Below are positions 23,337 to 32,000 of a stretch of DNA of 32,000 bases, piece by piece. This stretch comes from Corynebacterium glutamicum ATCC 13032 (GTDB lineage Bacteria > Actinomycetota > Actinomycetes > Mycobacteriales > Mycobacteriaceae). The DNA lies in the NCBI RefSeq assembly GCF_000011325.1, contig NC_003450.3, positions 1,050,001 to 1,082,000 of the forward strand, written 5' to 3'. Position 1 is the stretch's first letter, and each line of letters starts with the position of its first letter. The notes beneath the pieces were generated by a model. That model searched no databases and was not told where the DNA came from. It worked only from the letters and a program-made list of their open reading frames with translations. A program made the translations under genes and the position numbers.

Positions 23337-25241
23337 TTAATTCTTTCTTCTCAGCGCAAAGATCAAACCAATGATTATGCCTAAGCCAATGACACCCAGC
23401 CCAATCCACACGATGGGGAAACTGCTTGAGTCTTCTTCTGTTGCCTCGGAGATTTGTTCATCTTCCGCAACATCTGATGGGGGGGTGGAGGTGCTTGGGG
23501 TTGCTCCCGTCAATGAAGCGAAAACCGGTGGGTCAACAGGGTCTCCAAACGCTTCTGCCACGAGTTCATATTCCAATGTGGGCAGCTGATCAGTTGCGGA
23601 TACATCTTCATCTTGACCACTTGGTAGGTATGTCACTGCGAGGTATTGGGTGCCACCTTGCCATGGGCTCCTTAGCGATATGCCTTGAGAACTTTTCTCG
23701 AACAAATTTGCTGCACTCACTGGGGTGAAGAATCCAAAAGTTTTGAGCCCGTTGTCGTCCGCATATGACGTATCTCTATTGGTGAGCTCTATCTCTGCCC
23801 GGTTTGGGCTGAACGCTTGGATATAAAGATGCGTGCCAAGCGCGGAACTGTCGATTTGGTCAAAAGTTGTTTCTACAGCTGCGCGCAGTTCTTGGCCGTA
23901 GTCGACAGGCAGCGCATAGAAGTGGGTTTCTCCTGGAACGATGATGGAGGAGACTTTCTCACCTGCGGGATCTAGATCAGCGGCCGATGTGAACCACTGG
24001 CCAGGTGTGACAGGGTGTGCCTCTGATGCTGCAGCCTCGGTAAGATCGACGGAGCTATGTTCCTCTGTGACATTTCCGATTGTTGATTCATCTACTTTTC
24101 CGAAGCGCTCGATGGTGATTTCCGTTGGAATGTCCTGCCCGTTGAGGTAATCTCCGCTTCTAGAAATTTCGAGGTAGATGGCATCGGTGTCACAGTTGTT
24201 GGTGCCCACTTCTTTTGATGCAACGGACGCGTTTTGGATTCCGCGTACACCAAGGCCGGGCTTGAAATTATCAAATGAGACCCGAGTGCACCGACCACGC
24301 AGGCCGTATTGTGGAGCCTCTTCAGTATGGAGTTGGGCTTCAAGCTTGATTCCGCCTTGCCCCATGGTGAGTACTGTTGGGTCGGTAACTGTGTTGGCAG
24401 AAACTGAGATGGTTTCACCTGGCTCTACAGGGATTTTCCAAAAGCGGGATTCTTGTGGCAGGTCGGTGAGGAATAGTTCTGTATCCTCATCAATTTCTAC
24501 GGCTGCGCTTTGTTCCGATGCCCCATCAATTTTTGTCACATCGGAGGTGTAAGAGTTGTATTGCCTACTGGCGGCTCGTGTCAGCGCATCGGTAAGGCTC
24601 TGCGCGTCGGAAGCATCCGCGTAAGTGCCACCACCGACTCCAGCGATGCACTCCAGTTCTTCGCGCGCTGCTGGATCAACATTTAGTCCGATGGTGTTGA
24701 TAACCAGGTTGATTCCACTTTGAGCCAGTTCTTGGGCTACTTCGCAGACATCCGGTGGGGTGCAGTTGGCGATGCCATCGGAGACCAACACAATGTTTCC
24801 GCCTTCGGGGAGCTCGGCGGCGGTATCGGTGAGTGCTTTGCCGATGGGGGTGAAGCCTCGAGGCTGCAGGCTGTTGATCGTGTCAATTAAGGTGTCTGCA
24901 TTTCCTCGGGAGGGGCCGCCAAGGATGGTGACGTCTTGGCATCCCATCTCAACGTCTGCTTCTGTTTCGCCGGTGTTTCCGCCGTAGTAGGTCAGACCTA
25001 CGTCGGTGCGGTCGGAGATGTCATTAATTAACTGAGTGGAGGCTTGTTTTGCTGCATCGATACGGGTCTGTCCGCCGGCATCTTGAGCTGTCATGGAGCC
25101 TGAATTGTCCAACACGATCATCGTCGGAGTTTCATTGGCTTGGGCTTTGGCTACTGGGGAAAGCGAAAACGCCAGCGCAACTATGAAGGCGCTGGCGAGT
25201 GCTTTTCGTATGCTGAGACGCTTGCTGAGAGGCTGAGACAC
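23337..25241 (-). CDS. Secreted, C-terminally membrane-anchored von Willebrand factor A (VWA) domain protein
   Basis: GTG start with AGGAG 5 nt upstream. Signal peptide (KALASAFIVALAFSLSPVAKA-QA), MIDAS DNSGSM at the start of the VWA domain, a long beta-rich middle region, an acidic linker, then a TM segment IVWIGLGVIGLGIIIGLIFAL followed by RRKN. Confidence 0.8.
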   Translation of the reverse strand: MSQPLSKRLSIRKALASAFIVALAFSLSPVAKAQANETPTMIVLDNSGSMTAQDAGGQTRIDAAKQASTQLINDISDRTDVGLTYYGGNTGETEADVEMGCQDVTILGGPSRGNADTLIDTINSLQPRGFTPIGKALTDTAAELPEGGNIVLVSDGIANCTPPDVCEVAQELAQSGINLVINTIGLNVDPAAREELECIAGVGGGTYADASDAQSLTDALTRAASRQYNSYTSDVTKIDGASEQSAAVEIDEDTELFLTDLPQESRFWKIPVEPGETISVSANTVTDPTVLTMGQGGIKLEAQLHTEEAPQYGLRGRCTRVSFDNFKPGLGVRGIQNASVASKEVGTNNCDTDAIYLEISRSGDYLNGQDIPTEITIERFGKVDESTIGNVTEEHSSVDLTEAAASEAHPVTPGQWFTSAADLDPAGEKVSSIIVPGETHFYALPVDYGQELRAAVETTFDQIDSSALGTHLYIQAFSPNRAEIELTNRDTSYADDNGLKTFGFFTPVSAANLFEKSSQGISLRSPWQGGTQYLAVTYLPSGQDEDVSATDQLPTLEYELVAEAFGDPVDPPVFASLTGATPSTSTPPSDVAEDEQISEATEEDSSSFPIVWIGLGVIGLGIIIGLIFALRRKN

Positions 25242-25325
25242 TGTGGCTCCTAAAAAGGGGGCTGAAGGTGTTTCAAAATACCGTACTCAATATATGAGGC
25301 TCCGCAATTAGAAGAGAGAAATTAT

Positions 25326-25589
25326 TTATTGGGCGGGCTGGTGCTCCACAACGCTGATGGTCGCTTGGGTGCCTTGCGCTTTTCGACGCAAAACCACAGC
25401 CACGATGGCCAACACTAGTCCGAGGGACGTCATCAAACCGCCAACTAATCCGGCTGATGTGAGTCCAAGGGAAGTGGTGATGGTTGCACCAGCAAGCCAG
25501 GCAGCAACAGCATTTCCAAGGTTGAACACTCCGATGTTGATGGAGGAGGCCATGCCAACTAATGAGGCCTCACTGCAAGCAGTGCTGGA
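25326..25589 (-). pseudogene. Remnant of an MFS (DHA1, AraJ/YdhP-like) permease: last two TM helices only
   Basis: The frame reads ...SSTACSEASLVGMASSINIGVFNLGNAVAAWLAGATI...AGLVGGLMTSLGLVLAIVAVVLRRK, the conserved (A/V)FNLGNA..AWLGG block of TM11 plus TM12. It is bounded upstream by an in-frame stop at 25590-25592. The other ~300 codons of a normal MFS gene are absent. Confidence 0.6.
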
Positions 25590-25663
25590 TCAATTGCGCA
25601 ATGAACCGGAGTTAGCGCCGTTCATTGAGGTGATGGAAAACTAGAGGGATGCGTCGAAAAGCA

Positions 25664-25909
25664 TTATTCTGCCTGGTTTAATGCTTGCTCGACGCGCGCT
25701 GAGGCGCCGGCCAGGTGCTCTTCGCAGCGCTTTGCTAGGGCTTCGCCGCGCTCCCAGTATTTGAGGGATTCGTCGAGGCCCATTTGGCCGAGCTCCAAAA
25801 TTTTTACAATTTCAACGAGTTCATCGCGTGCACGCTCGTAGGATAATTGGGCGACTGGCTCGAAGGAATCGTTGCCTTGGCCGGAACCGACGATATCTGG
25901 ATTGGTCAT
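25664..25909 (-). CDS. xseB: Exodeoxyribonuclease VII small subunit
   Basis: 81 aa. [45 protein letters not shown] is the XseB helical hairpin pattern. It lies 20 nt downstream of xseA, with AGGAGA before the ATG. Confidence 0.9.
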   Translation of the reverse strand: MTNPDIVGSGQGNDSFEPVAQLSYERARDELVEIVKILELGQMGLDESLKYWERGEALAKRCEEHLAGASARVEQALNQAE

Positions 25910-25929
25910 TTCTTCATTCTCCTAAGTTT

Positions 25930-27183
25930 TTAGTTTGCTTGCTGGGTGCCCATGGATGCCGCAGTGATGGAGCCGTCGGCAACGCGGATGCGCAGCTGGC
26001 TGCCGGGCGGTGATTGCTCGATGGTGGTGACCACTTCCGGGGCGCTGCCGTCGCGAGGAATAACCTGCACCACGGAATAACCGCGCGCCAAGGTTGCGGA
26101 CGGGCCGAGCGCGGAAACCTGTGCGCGCAACGACGCCACCAGTGCTTGCTCGGTGCGGACGAGATGGGTGACATCGCGCCTAATCAAGCCCACAGCCTGG
26201 GCAATCTCATCACGTCGGCGGTTAATCGGGGTCATCGGATCAGCCAGCACCGGCCTGGTGCGAATCGCTGCCAACGCCTGCTGCTCGCGCTGCACCCAAC
26301 CGCGCAACGCCGCGGCACTACGACTGCGAAGCTGATTGATCAACATGCGTTCTTCTGCCACATCAGGCACCACGCGCTTTGCTGCATCGGTCGGGGTCGC
26401 CGCGCGAAGGTCGGCGACATTGTCCAACACCGGCGTATCTGGTTCGTGGCCAATCGCGGACACCACGGGCGTCTGCGCTGCCGCGACTGCGCGCTGCAAG
26501 GCCTCCTCAGAGAAGGGGAGCAGATCCTCCACAGAACCGCCGCCGCGGGCAATGATGATGACATCCACGCGAGGGTCCTGATCTAAAACCCGCAACGCTT
26601 CGATGATTTCAGGAACAGCTGAAGCGCCCTGAACTGCCGTGTTGATCACCTCAAACTGCACTTCCGGCCAGCGATCCTTAGCCACGCTCAGCACATCGCG
26701 CTCAGCCGCTGAACCACGTCCCGTGATCAAACCAACGCGGTTGGGCAGAAATGGCAGTCGCTTCTTCCGAGCTGGATCAAAAAGACCCTCCGCGGCAAGC
26801 CTTTTACGCAGCTCCTCAATGCGCGCCAGCAACTCACCAATACCCACGGGACGGATATCAGTCACCCACAGCGAAAAAGTGCCGCGGCCTGCATAAAACG
26901 CGGGCTTGCCGTACACAATCACGCGGTCGCCATCCTTGAGCGGTGTGGGGCGATTGCGGATAATGTCCGTCGGGCAGGTCAGCTGCACAGACATTTCTTG
27001 CTCCACATCACGAAGCGTCAAATACGACAGCTTCCAATTGGGCTTCACATTAATCTGAGCGAGCTGGCCCTCCACCCACAAATGGCCAAGCCGTTCAATC
27101 CACTGCTTGACTTGAGTATTTACTTCCCGGACTGGCCACGGTGCCTCAGGGGTTGATTTTGATGAAGCTTTCTCAGACGACAC
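25930..27183 (-). CDS. xseA: Exodeoxyribonuclease VII large subunit
   Basis: 417 aa with an N-terminal OB fold ([27 protein letters not shown]) and a catalytic core ([34 protein letters not shown]). GTG start at 27183. Confidence 0.92.
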   Translation of the reverse strand: MSSEKASSKSTPEAPWPVREVNTQVKQWIERLGHLWVEGQLAQINVKPNWKLSYLTLRDVEQEMSVQLTCPTDIIRNRPTPLKDGDRVIVYGKPAFYAGRGTFSLWVTDIRPVGIGELLARIEELRKRLAAEGLFDPARKKRLPFLPNRVGLITGRGSAAERDVLSVAKDRWPEVQFEVINTAVQGASAVPEIIEALRVLDQDPRVDVIIIARGGGSVEDLLPFSEEALQRAVAAAQTPVVSAIGHEPDTPVLDNVADLRAATPTDAAKRVVPDVAEERMLINQLRSRSAAALRGWVQREQQALAAIRTRPVLADPMTPINRRRDEIAQAVGLIRRDVTHLVRTEQALVASLRAQVSALGPSATLARGYSVVQVIPRDGSAPEVVTTIEQSPPGSQLRIRVADGSITAASMGTQQAN

Positions 27184-27296
27184 AGGCGTGTGATTCTCCT
27201 TCTTCCACCAGCTAAAAGTGAATTACCCCGCCTTTGTCGGGGTGGTTGCATTCCCAGTCTAGGTGTTTAGCCTCAACGTTGGATACGCTGGGAGGC

Positions 27297-28274
27297 ATGA
27301 GCTCACCTGTTATCAGCCCCGAAACCAAAACCGGAAAGAAGATCCTGCTTGCAGCCCCTCGCGGATACTGTGCCGGCGTAGACCGTGCAGTGGAAACCGT
27401 CGAGCGCGCGCTCGAGGAATACGGCGCCCCAATTTATGTCCGTAAAGAAATCGTGCACAACCGTTACGTTGTGGACACCCTGGCAGAAAAGGGCGCGATT
27501 TTTGTCAACGAAGCATCTGAAGCACCAGAAGGTGCCAACATGGTGTTCTCTGCACACGGCGTGAGCCCAATGGTCCACGAAGAAGCTGCAGCTAAAAACA
27601 TCAAGGCTATTGACGCGGCCTGCCCGCTGGTCACCAAAGTGCACAAGGAAGTCCAGCGCTTTGATAAGCAGGGATTCCACATTCTCTTCATCGGTCACGA
27701 AGGCCATGAAGAAGTAGAGGGCACCATGGGTCATTCCGTTGAGAAAACCCACCTGGTTGACGGCGTTGCTGGCATTGCCACCCTGCCTGAATTCTTAAAC
27801 GATGAACCAAACCTGATCTGGCTGTCTCAGACCACGCTTTCTGTGGACGAGACCATGGAGATCGTCCGCGAGCTGAAGGTGAAGTTCCCTCAGCTGCAGG
27901 ATCCACCGTCAGATGATATTTGCTACGCCACGCAGAACCGCCAGGTTGCCGTCAAGGCTATCGCTGAGCGCTGCGAGCTGATGATTGTGGTCGGTTCCCG
28001 CAACTCCTCCAACTCGGTTCGTCTGGTTGAGGTCGCTAAGCAAAACGGTGCCGATAACGCCTACCTGGTGGATTACGCCCGCGAAATCGACCCAGCATGG
28101 TTCGAAGGCGTAGAGACCATCGGTATCTCCTCCGGCGCTTCCGTGCCTGAGATCCTCGTCCAGGGCGTCATTGAGCGCCTGGCTGAGTTCGGCTACGACG
28201 ACGTCGAGGAAGTCACCTCCGCCGCTGAGAAGATTGTTTTCGCGCTGCCTCGCGTGCTGCGCCACAAGAATTAA
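27297..28274 (+). CDS. ispH: 4-hydroxy-3-methylbut-2-enyl diphosphate reductase
   Basis: [19 protein letters not shown]...VHNRYVV...FSAHGVSP...[11 protein letters not shown]...[11 protein letters not shown]...ICYATQNRQ, with the three conserved Cys and the HxE motifs. Start set at ATG 27297, giving 325 aa; the track ORF starts at TTG 27234. Confidence 0.93.
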
Positions 28275-28285
28275 TTGCAAGAATG

Positions 28286-28316
28286 AAAAATCCCCGCCAC
28301 ATGAGCGGGGATTTTT
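28286..28316. terminator. Bidirectional rho-independent terminator
   Basis: AAAAATCCCCGC-CACATGA-GCGGGGATTTTTT between the ispH stop (28274) and the minus-strand stop (28316-28318). Confidence 0.85.
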
Positions 28317-29146
28317 TAGCTGTACAGATCATCGTCGAGCGAGGTGCGGCGTTTAGGGGCTGCTTGTCGACGCTCACCCACATCCGTAGGAGCCGGCGCC
28401 TCAGGGGCGCTCGGGCGCGGCTTGGGGGCCACCACAGGACCCGGAGTTGGAGTAAACGGCACACCGCGCTCAGTTTGGCGCTGCGCAACAGTTTGCCGGC
28501 GCTCCTGGCTACGCCTGATCAACTCATCAACCGTGACTTGTGAACCGGTATCGCCGGTTGGTTGCGCGCGACGGTTACGTGTTTTAGAACTTTGTACCCT
28601 CGTGCTCTGTGCGCGAGCACGACGAGCAGCATTCTGATTAGCTTCCTCAGCCTCACGCTGCGCGCGCCGGGTAAGTTCCCCAGAAACCTGACGAGATTCC
28701 TGGTTCCTGCGCAGCAGAATAATCCGCACCACAGCGATCAATGCCGCCACCAAAGTGACCATGATCAGGGTGGGGAACAACTGCGCCAAAGGATAAACAG
28801 CCGTGAGGATTTCCGTGACGGAAACACCAGGGGACACATTCGCAGCCACGCCTTGTTGGGACACAAACCACGAAGTCAGTGGTGTGAAAATACCAAACAG
28901 AATGGGAATGGACGCAACCGTCAAGAATAATCCGCGGGCCTCAACCAGCAAGGTCACACCGAGAGTAGCGATGATGAAAATCAGCTGATAGGGCAGCCCG
29001 ATCACGCCTAACATCAGGCTGACGAGCATTCCCGTAATGAGGGATGCCAAAACAACTGAAGGTCCAGACCACGTTGGCAAACCGACAAAAGCGGTCTGCT
29101 GGGGCGGCCTAGAGCTTCTCCTCGACGATGCTGATCCATGTGACAC
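28316..29146 (-). CDS. Membrane protein with 4 predicted TM segments and an Arg/Pro-rich disordered C-terminal half (DUF6542-like)
   Basis: 276 aa. The hydrophobic N-terminal half (VVLASLITGMLVSLMLGVIGL..., IPILFGIFTPL..., LFPTLIMVTLVAALIAVVRIILL) is followed by RRAQREAEEANQNAARRARAQSTR...PKPRPSAPEAPAP. Its position next to ispH is conserved in actinobacteria as I recall. Confidence 0.7.
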   Translation of the reverse strand: MSHGSASSRRSSRPPQQTAFVGLPTWSGPSVVLASLITGMLVSLMLGVIGLPYQLIFIIATLGVTLLVEARGLFLTVASIPILFGIFTPLTSWFVSQQGVAANVSPGVSVTEILTAVYPLAQLFPTLIMVTLVAALIAVVRIILLRRNQESRQVSGELTRRAQREAEEANQNAARRARAQSTRVQSSKTRNRRAQPTGDTGSQVTVDELIRRSQERRQTVAQRQTERGVPFTPTPGPVVAPKPRPSAPEAPAPTDVGERRQAAPKRRTSLDDDLYS

Positions 29147-29217
29147 GAGTGATTACTTTACCGATCTAACTGCTATTTACTAATTACACTTGCAGTTTCT
29201 GCAGCTTTTATGGAGCC

Positions 29218-30699
29218 TCAGTTTCTCTTGCGTATTTTATCGAATGCTTGCGAAGTTGCCGTCCTTGCCGAGGTAAACCGTCGTTTCAATTCTTTACGAC
29301 GAACCTCATTAGGATCTACCGATTCACGATCCTCACCTAAAAACTCAGGAATTTTCAGTTCGTTGGTCTCAGCGTCGCCACCAAGCAAGTCTTGGTAGTA
29401 GCGCCTGCGGAAGATTTCACCATCGGCTTCCATGGCACGGCCAGCGAACTCGCCGTATTCGCTTTCAAACTTCAGATCAGAAGCCACCTTCTCGCCAGCA
29501 CGTAGTGAAGTCATGTCCTGGAAATAGCGGAAGAATACAGCAATCATCGCAGCCACTGGTACTGCCAAGAATGCACCGACAATGCCGAAGAGCGTGCCAC
29601 CGACAGTTACCGACAGCAACACGATGACAGGGTGCAAATTCATAGCCTTTGACTGCAACAGTGGTGACAAAATATTGCCCTCCAGCTGCTGCACTGCCAC
29701 GACGATAACCAGCACGATGACCGCTTCGGTAAAGCCCAGCGAGACTAATGCCACGAGCACTGCCAACGCACCTGCGGTGAACGCACCAATGATGGGAATG
29801 AAACCAGCAACAAAGGTAATCACCGACAGCGCCAACGCCATGGGAACGCCCACAATAAGTAGACCGATGCCAATGAACACAGCATCAACCGCAGAGACCA
29901 GTGCCTGCGCACGGACGAATCCAGACAAGGTGGTCCACGCACGGGTGAGCAGCTCGGTGACGTGCCAGCCAGCTTGCTTTCCACCAATCTTCCTGGTCCA
30001 CGGGAGGAACCGGTGCCCGTCTTTGAGGAAGAAGAATGTGAGCACCAACACCACACCAAGCGTCACGATCACACTGGTTGCAGCGCCCAGGCCCGAGAAG
30101 ATTTCTCCAGCAATGGCACCTGCCTGGTTTTGCAGCCACGCGGCGGCCTCGTTGAAGTAGCGGCTCAAATCACCCGAATCCAAGTTCAACGGTGGACCCT
30201 GCAGCCAGAGCTGAATGCTCAAAATGCCCTCAAATGCCTGGAAGTACAACACCTGGGATTGTTGGGCGATACTCGGCGCAATTAACCACAAAATAGCACC
30301 CACGACGGCAAAAAACGTGCCGATGGTGATAAACGCCGACACCACACTGGGAACTCCATGCTTCCGCAACCATGAGTTTGGTGAGGACAGCACAGTACAG
30401 ATGATGATTGCCAAGGTGACCGGCAAAACGCCCTGCCAGAACCGACCAATGACCCACCATAAAATAAAGACAGCGGCGGCGACGAACACCAACCGCAAAC
30501 TCCACATGGACACCCTCTTGAAGTAATCACCTATGACCACCGAGCGGTCTACGCGATCAATTGCATCCCGGTGCCGAGCAGAAGTTTTGCTTGGAGTCGG
30601 CTCTGCACTGGCAGACTTAACGGGTTCGCCATTTTTGTCGTCTCTGATGCCATGTTGGTCACCGTCAGGGACCTGAGAGAATTCATCCATTGTTGCCAC
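29218..30699 (-). CDS. AI-2E family (PerM/YhhT, UPF0118) transporter
   Basis: Polytopic protein with a characteristic C-terminal core (FIPIIGAFTAGALAVLVAL..., QQLEGNILSPLLQSKAMNLHPVIVLLSV..GG.LFGI.GAFLAVP). Start is GTG 30699 or ATG 30690. Confidence 0.8.
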   Translation of the reverse strand: MATMDEFSQVPDGDQHGIRDDKNGEPVKSASAEPTPSKTSARHRDAIDRVDRSVVIGDYFKRVSMWSLRLVFVAAAVFILWWVIGRFWQGVLPVTLAIIICTVLSSPNSWLRKHGVPSVVSAFITIGTFFAVVGAILWLIAPSIAQQSQVLYFQAFEGILSIQLWLQGPPLNLDSGDLSRYFNEAAAWLQNQAGAIAGEIFSGLGAATSVIVTLGVVLVLTFFFLKDGHRFLPWTRKIGGKQAGWHVTELLTRAWTTLSGFVRAQALVSAVDAVFIGIGLLIVGVPMALALSVITFVAGFIPIIGAFTAGALAVLVALVSLGFTEAVIVLVIVVAVQQLEGNILSPLLQSKAMNLHPVIVLLSVTVGGTLFGIVGAFLAVPVAAMIAVFFRYFQDMTSLRAGEKVASDLKFESEYGEFAGRAMEADGEIFRRRYYQDLLGGDAETNELKIPEFLGEDRESVDPNEVRRKELKRRFTSARTATSQAFDKIRKRN

Positions 30700-30736
30700 A
30701 GTTCTCCATTTTGCATGGTTCTTGGTTTTAAAGCAC

Positions 30737-30770
30737 GAAACACTCCCAGCGACTGTGGCGGGAGTGTTTC
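30737..30770 (-). terminator. Hairpin terminator after metS
   Basis: GAAACACTCCC-(12 nt)-GGGAGTGTTTC, a perfect 11-bp stem starting 13 nt after the metS stop. On the minus strand it is followed by GTGCTTTAAAACC, a modest U-tract. Confidence 0.6.
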
Positions 30771-30782
30771 CTACAGAGATCT

Positions 30783-30965
30783 TTAGGCCGTTGCAGGTCG
30801 TTCAGACTCTTGCTCAATAAGAACAGAGTCGGTGGCATATGGAGAGGTTCCAAACAGTCCAACCTTCTCATCTGGTTCGCGTCGAAGTGCGATGGTGGCA
30901 TAAACCAGGCCACCCCAAATGATGACCATGAACAACACCATCATGATGATTGCAGTAGTTCCCAT
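30783..30965 (-). CDS. metS: Small single-TM subunit of the MetPS methionine/alanine importer
   Basis: 60 aa (MGTTAIIMMVLFMVIIWGGLVYATIALRREPDEK...). The ATG is 3 nt after the metP stop, and AAGGAG lies inside the metP 3' end. The pairing of an NSS permease with a tiny TM protein matches the C. glutamicum MetPS system as I recall it. Confidence 0.7.
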   Translation of the reverse strand: MGTTAIIMMVLFMVIIWGGLVYATIALRREPDEKVGLFGTSPYATDSVLIEQESERPATA

Positions 30966-30968
30966 GAT

Positions 30969-32000
30969 TTAGGACTCCTTAGCTTCAGGATTGGTGATTG
31001 CCACGGTAGGGAAGCGTGATGCATCCTCATTGGCATCAAAAGGACTGATCGGGTCATTGGACGCCCAGCGACGCGGGCGGTGCAGCGTACGCTTGAACTC
31101 CGGCAGAACGCCGAAGTCGGAGCCGGGTGGGCCGTCGACAAGCGTGCCCTTTGGCCAAGAAACCATGGGCAAAAGGAATGCAGCCACCAGGATGACAGCC
31201 AGCACGCCCCAGCCAAAGAGGCCATTTTGCAGCACGGTATAACCGCCGTAAGGCTCATTGATCAGGGAGGTGAGCTCAAGAGCAAGGGTGGAGCCCAGAA
31301 CCAAGGTGGTGATGTTGACAACGGAGATGCGCCAAATGGTGTTCACCTTGAATGCGGAGATCGCGTTGAGGTGGGTGGAGAATTCATCGATGCGACGCAG
31401 GACCCAGTCGATGGAAACCACTGCGATCAACGCAACGGCAACAATGCCGATGTTGTTGGTGAACTTGTCCATGATGTCCAGCGTTGCCAGACCAGAGGTG
31501 GTGGAGAACAGACCCAGGGACAGCAGAGCCATGACAACGCCCACGCCAATCGCAGTGGCTTTACGATTCAGACCGAACTTATCCTTCACTGCGGAAACAA
31601 CCACTTCCAACAGAGAGAACAGGGAAGTAAAGCCCGCGATGGTCAATGAGCTGAAGAAGAGGAATCCGAACAGTCCGCCCAGAGGCATTTCGTTGATGAT
31701 CGCAGGGAAAGCAACGAAGGCAAGGCCAATGCCGGAGGTCGCGACTTCATCCACACCAACGCCAGCATTTGCAGCCATGAAGCCCAGCGCTGCGAAAACA
31801 CCGATACCGGCCAGCACCTCGAAAGAGGAGTTCGCAAAACCAGTAACCAAACCAGTGCTGGTGAGGTTGGTGCGAGGCTTCAGGTACGAGGAGTAGGTAA
31901 GCATGATGCCGAATCCCACAGACAGTGAAAAGAAGATCTGGCCGTAAGCAGCGATCCACACGGTCGGGTTCTTCAGAGCTTCCCAGTTAGGAGTAAACAG
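30969..32000 (-). CDS. metP: Sodium-dependent NSS (neurotransmitter:sodium symporter) family permease, C-terminal 343 codons (N terminus beyond the right edge)
   Basis: The frame is open from 32000 down to TAA at 30969-30971. NSS/SNF pattern: WIAAYGQIFFSLSVGFGIMLTYSSYL..., GFANSSFEVLAGIGVF..., GLAFVAFP. Confidence 0.85.
   Translation of the reverse strand: MFTPNWEALKNPTVWIAAYGQIFFSLSVGFGIMLTYSSYLKPRTNLTSTGLVTGFANSSFEVLAGIGVFAALGFMAANAGVGVDEVATSGIGLAFVAFPAIINEMPLGGLFGFLFFSSLTIAGFTSLFSLLEVVVSAVKDKFGLNRKATAIGVGVVMALLSLGLFSTTSGLATLDIMDKFTNNIGIVAVALIAVVSIDWVLRRIDEFSTHLNAISAFKVNTIWRISVVNITTLVLGSTLALELTSLINEPYGGYTVLQNGLFGWGVLAVILVAAFLLPMVSWPKGTLVDGPPGSDFGVLPEFKRTLHRPRRWASNDPISPFDANEDASRFPTVAITNPEAKES

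Noticed and set aside
23337-23520. Possible sortase sorting signal at the C terminus of the VWA protein (TM helix + RRKN)
   Set aside because: No LPxTG or LAxTG lies immediately before the hydrophobic segment. The only 'SLTG' is about 40 residues upstream and lacks the leading Leu. I treat the tail as a plain membrane anchor.
25572-25644. Plus-strand tail ...LQAVLDQLRNEPELAPFIEVMEN as an independent small CDS
   Set aside because: Most of the parent ORF (25357-25644) is antisense to the MFS remnant. There is no start or SD for the 3' part alone. It is kept only as a possible gene scar.
1-32000. Mobile elements, prophage, CRISPR arrays, defence islands, rRNA or tRNA genes
   Set aside because: I saw no transposase, integrase or phage-like ORFs, no terminal inverted repeats flanking a block, no regularly spaced direct repeats, and no tRNA-like T-loop/acceptor patterns in the intergenic regions. 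Gene content is housekeeping and syntenic with other actinobacteria.

Overview
The window reads as a core chromosomal segment of a Corynebacterium. Gene order and protein sequences match what I recall of the C. glutamicum glyA-fum-glpX-ispH-metPS region. This is recall, not a database search.

Gene content, left to right:
- coaA (partial) and glyA
- the PABA/folate pair pabAB-pabC
- a divergent pair of unknown function: a duplicated DUF5997-like protein and an HTH-less LysR-substrate-domain protein
- a PAT-like GNAT acetyltransferase
- a 5-oxoprolinase operon (NRAMP-like permease-pxpA-pxpB-pxpC) with a divergent GntR/FadR regulator
- a 414-aa hypothetical protein and fumC
- the sulfonate / sulfonate-ester cluster ssuI, FMN reductase, seuABC and ssuD2. 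Exact McbR-type TAGAC-N6-GTCTA operators sit in front of ssuI, seuA and ssuD2.
- glpX (class II FBPase) and a DUF4245 protein
- a secreted, membrane-anchored VWA protein and an MFS permease remnant
- xseBA and ispH
- a DUF6542-like membrane protein and an AI-2E family permease
- the methionine importer pair metS and metP (metP is partial)

Seven strong hairpin terminators were found, mostly bidirectional between convergent genes. I found no rRNA, tRNA, CRISPR array, IS element, integrase or phage genes, and no recognisable defence system.

I do not see convincing evidence for a wholly new multi-gene system here. The leads most worth a second look are:
1. Two hypothetical ORFs inside the sulfur cluster are a single reading frame broken by one TAG.
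2. The pxp-linked NRAMP-family permease has lost both canonical metal-binding motifs, which suggests a non-metal substrate.
3. Tandem GntR-type operators lie in the pxp/gntR divergent region.
4. A recurring TAGAC-N7-TAGAC direct-repeat arrangement accompanies the McbR palindromes.
5. SeuB is truncated at the C terminus relative to its paralog SeuC.
6. A LysR-effector-domain protein lacks an HTH and carries a polybasic tail.
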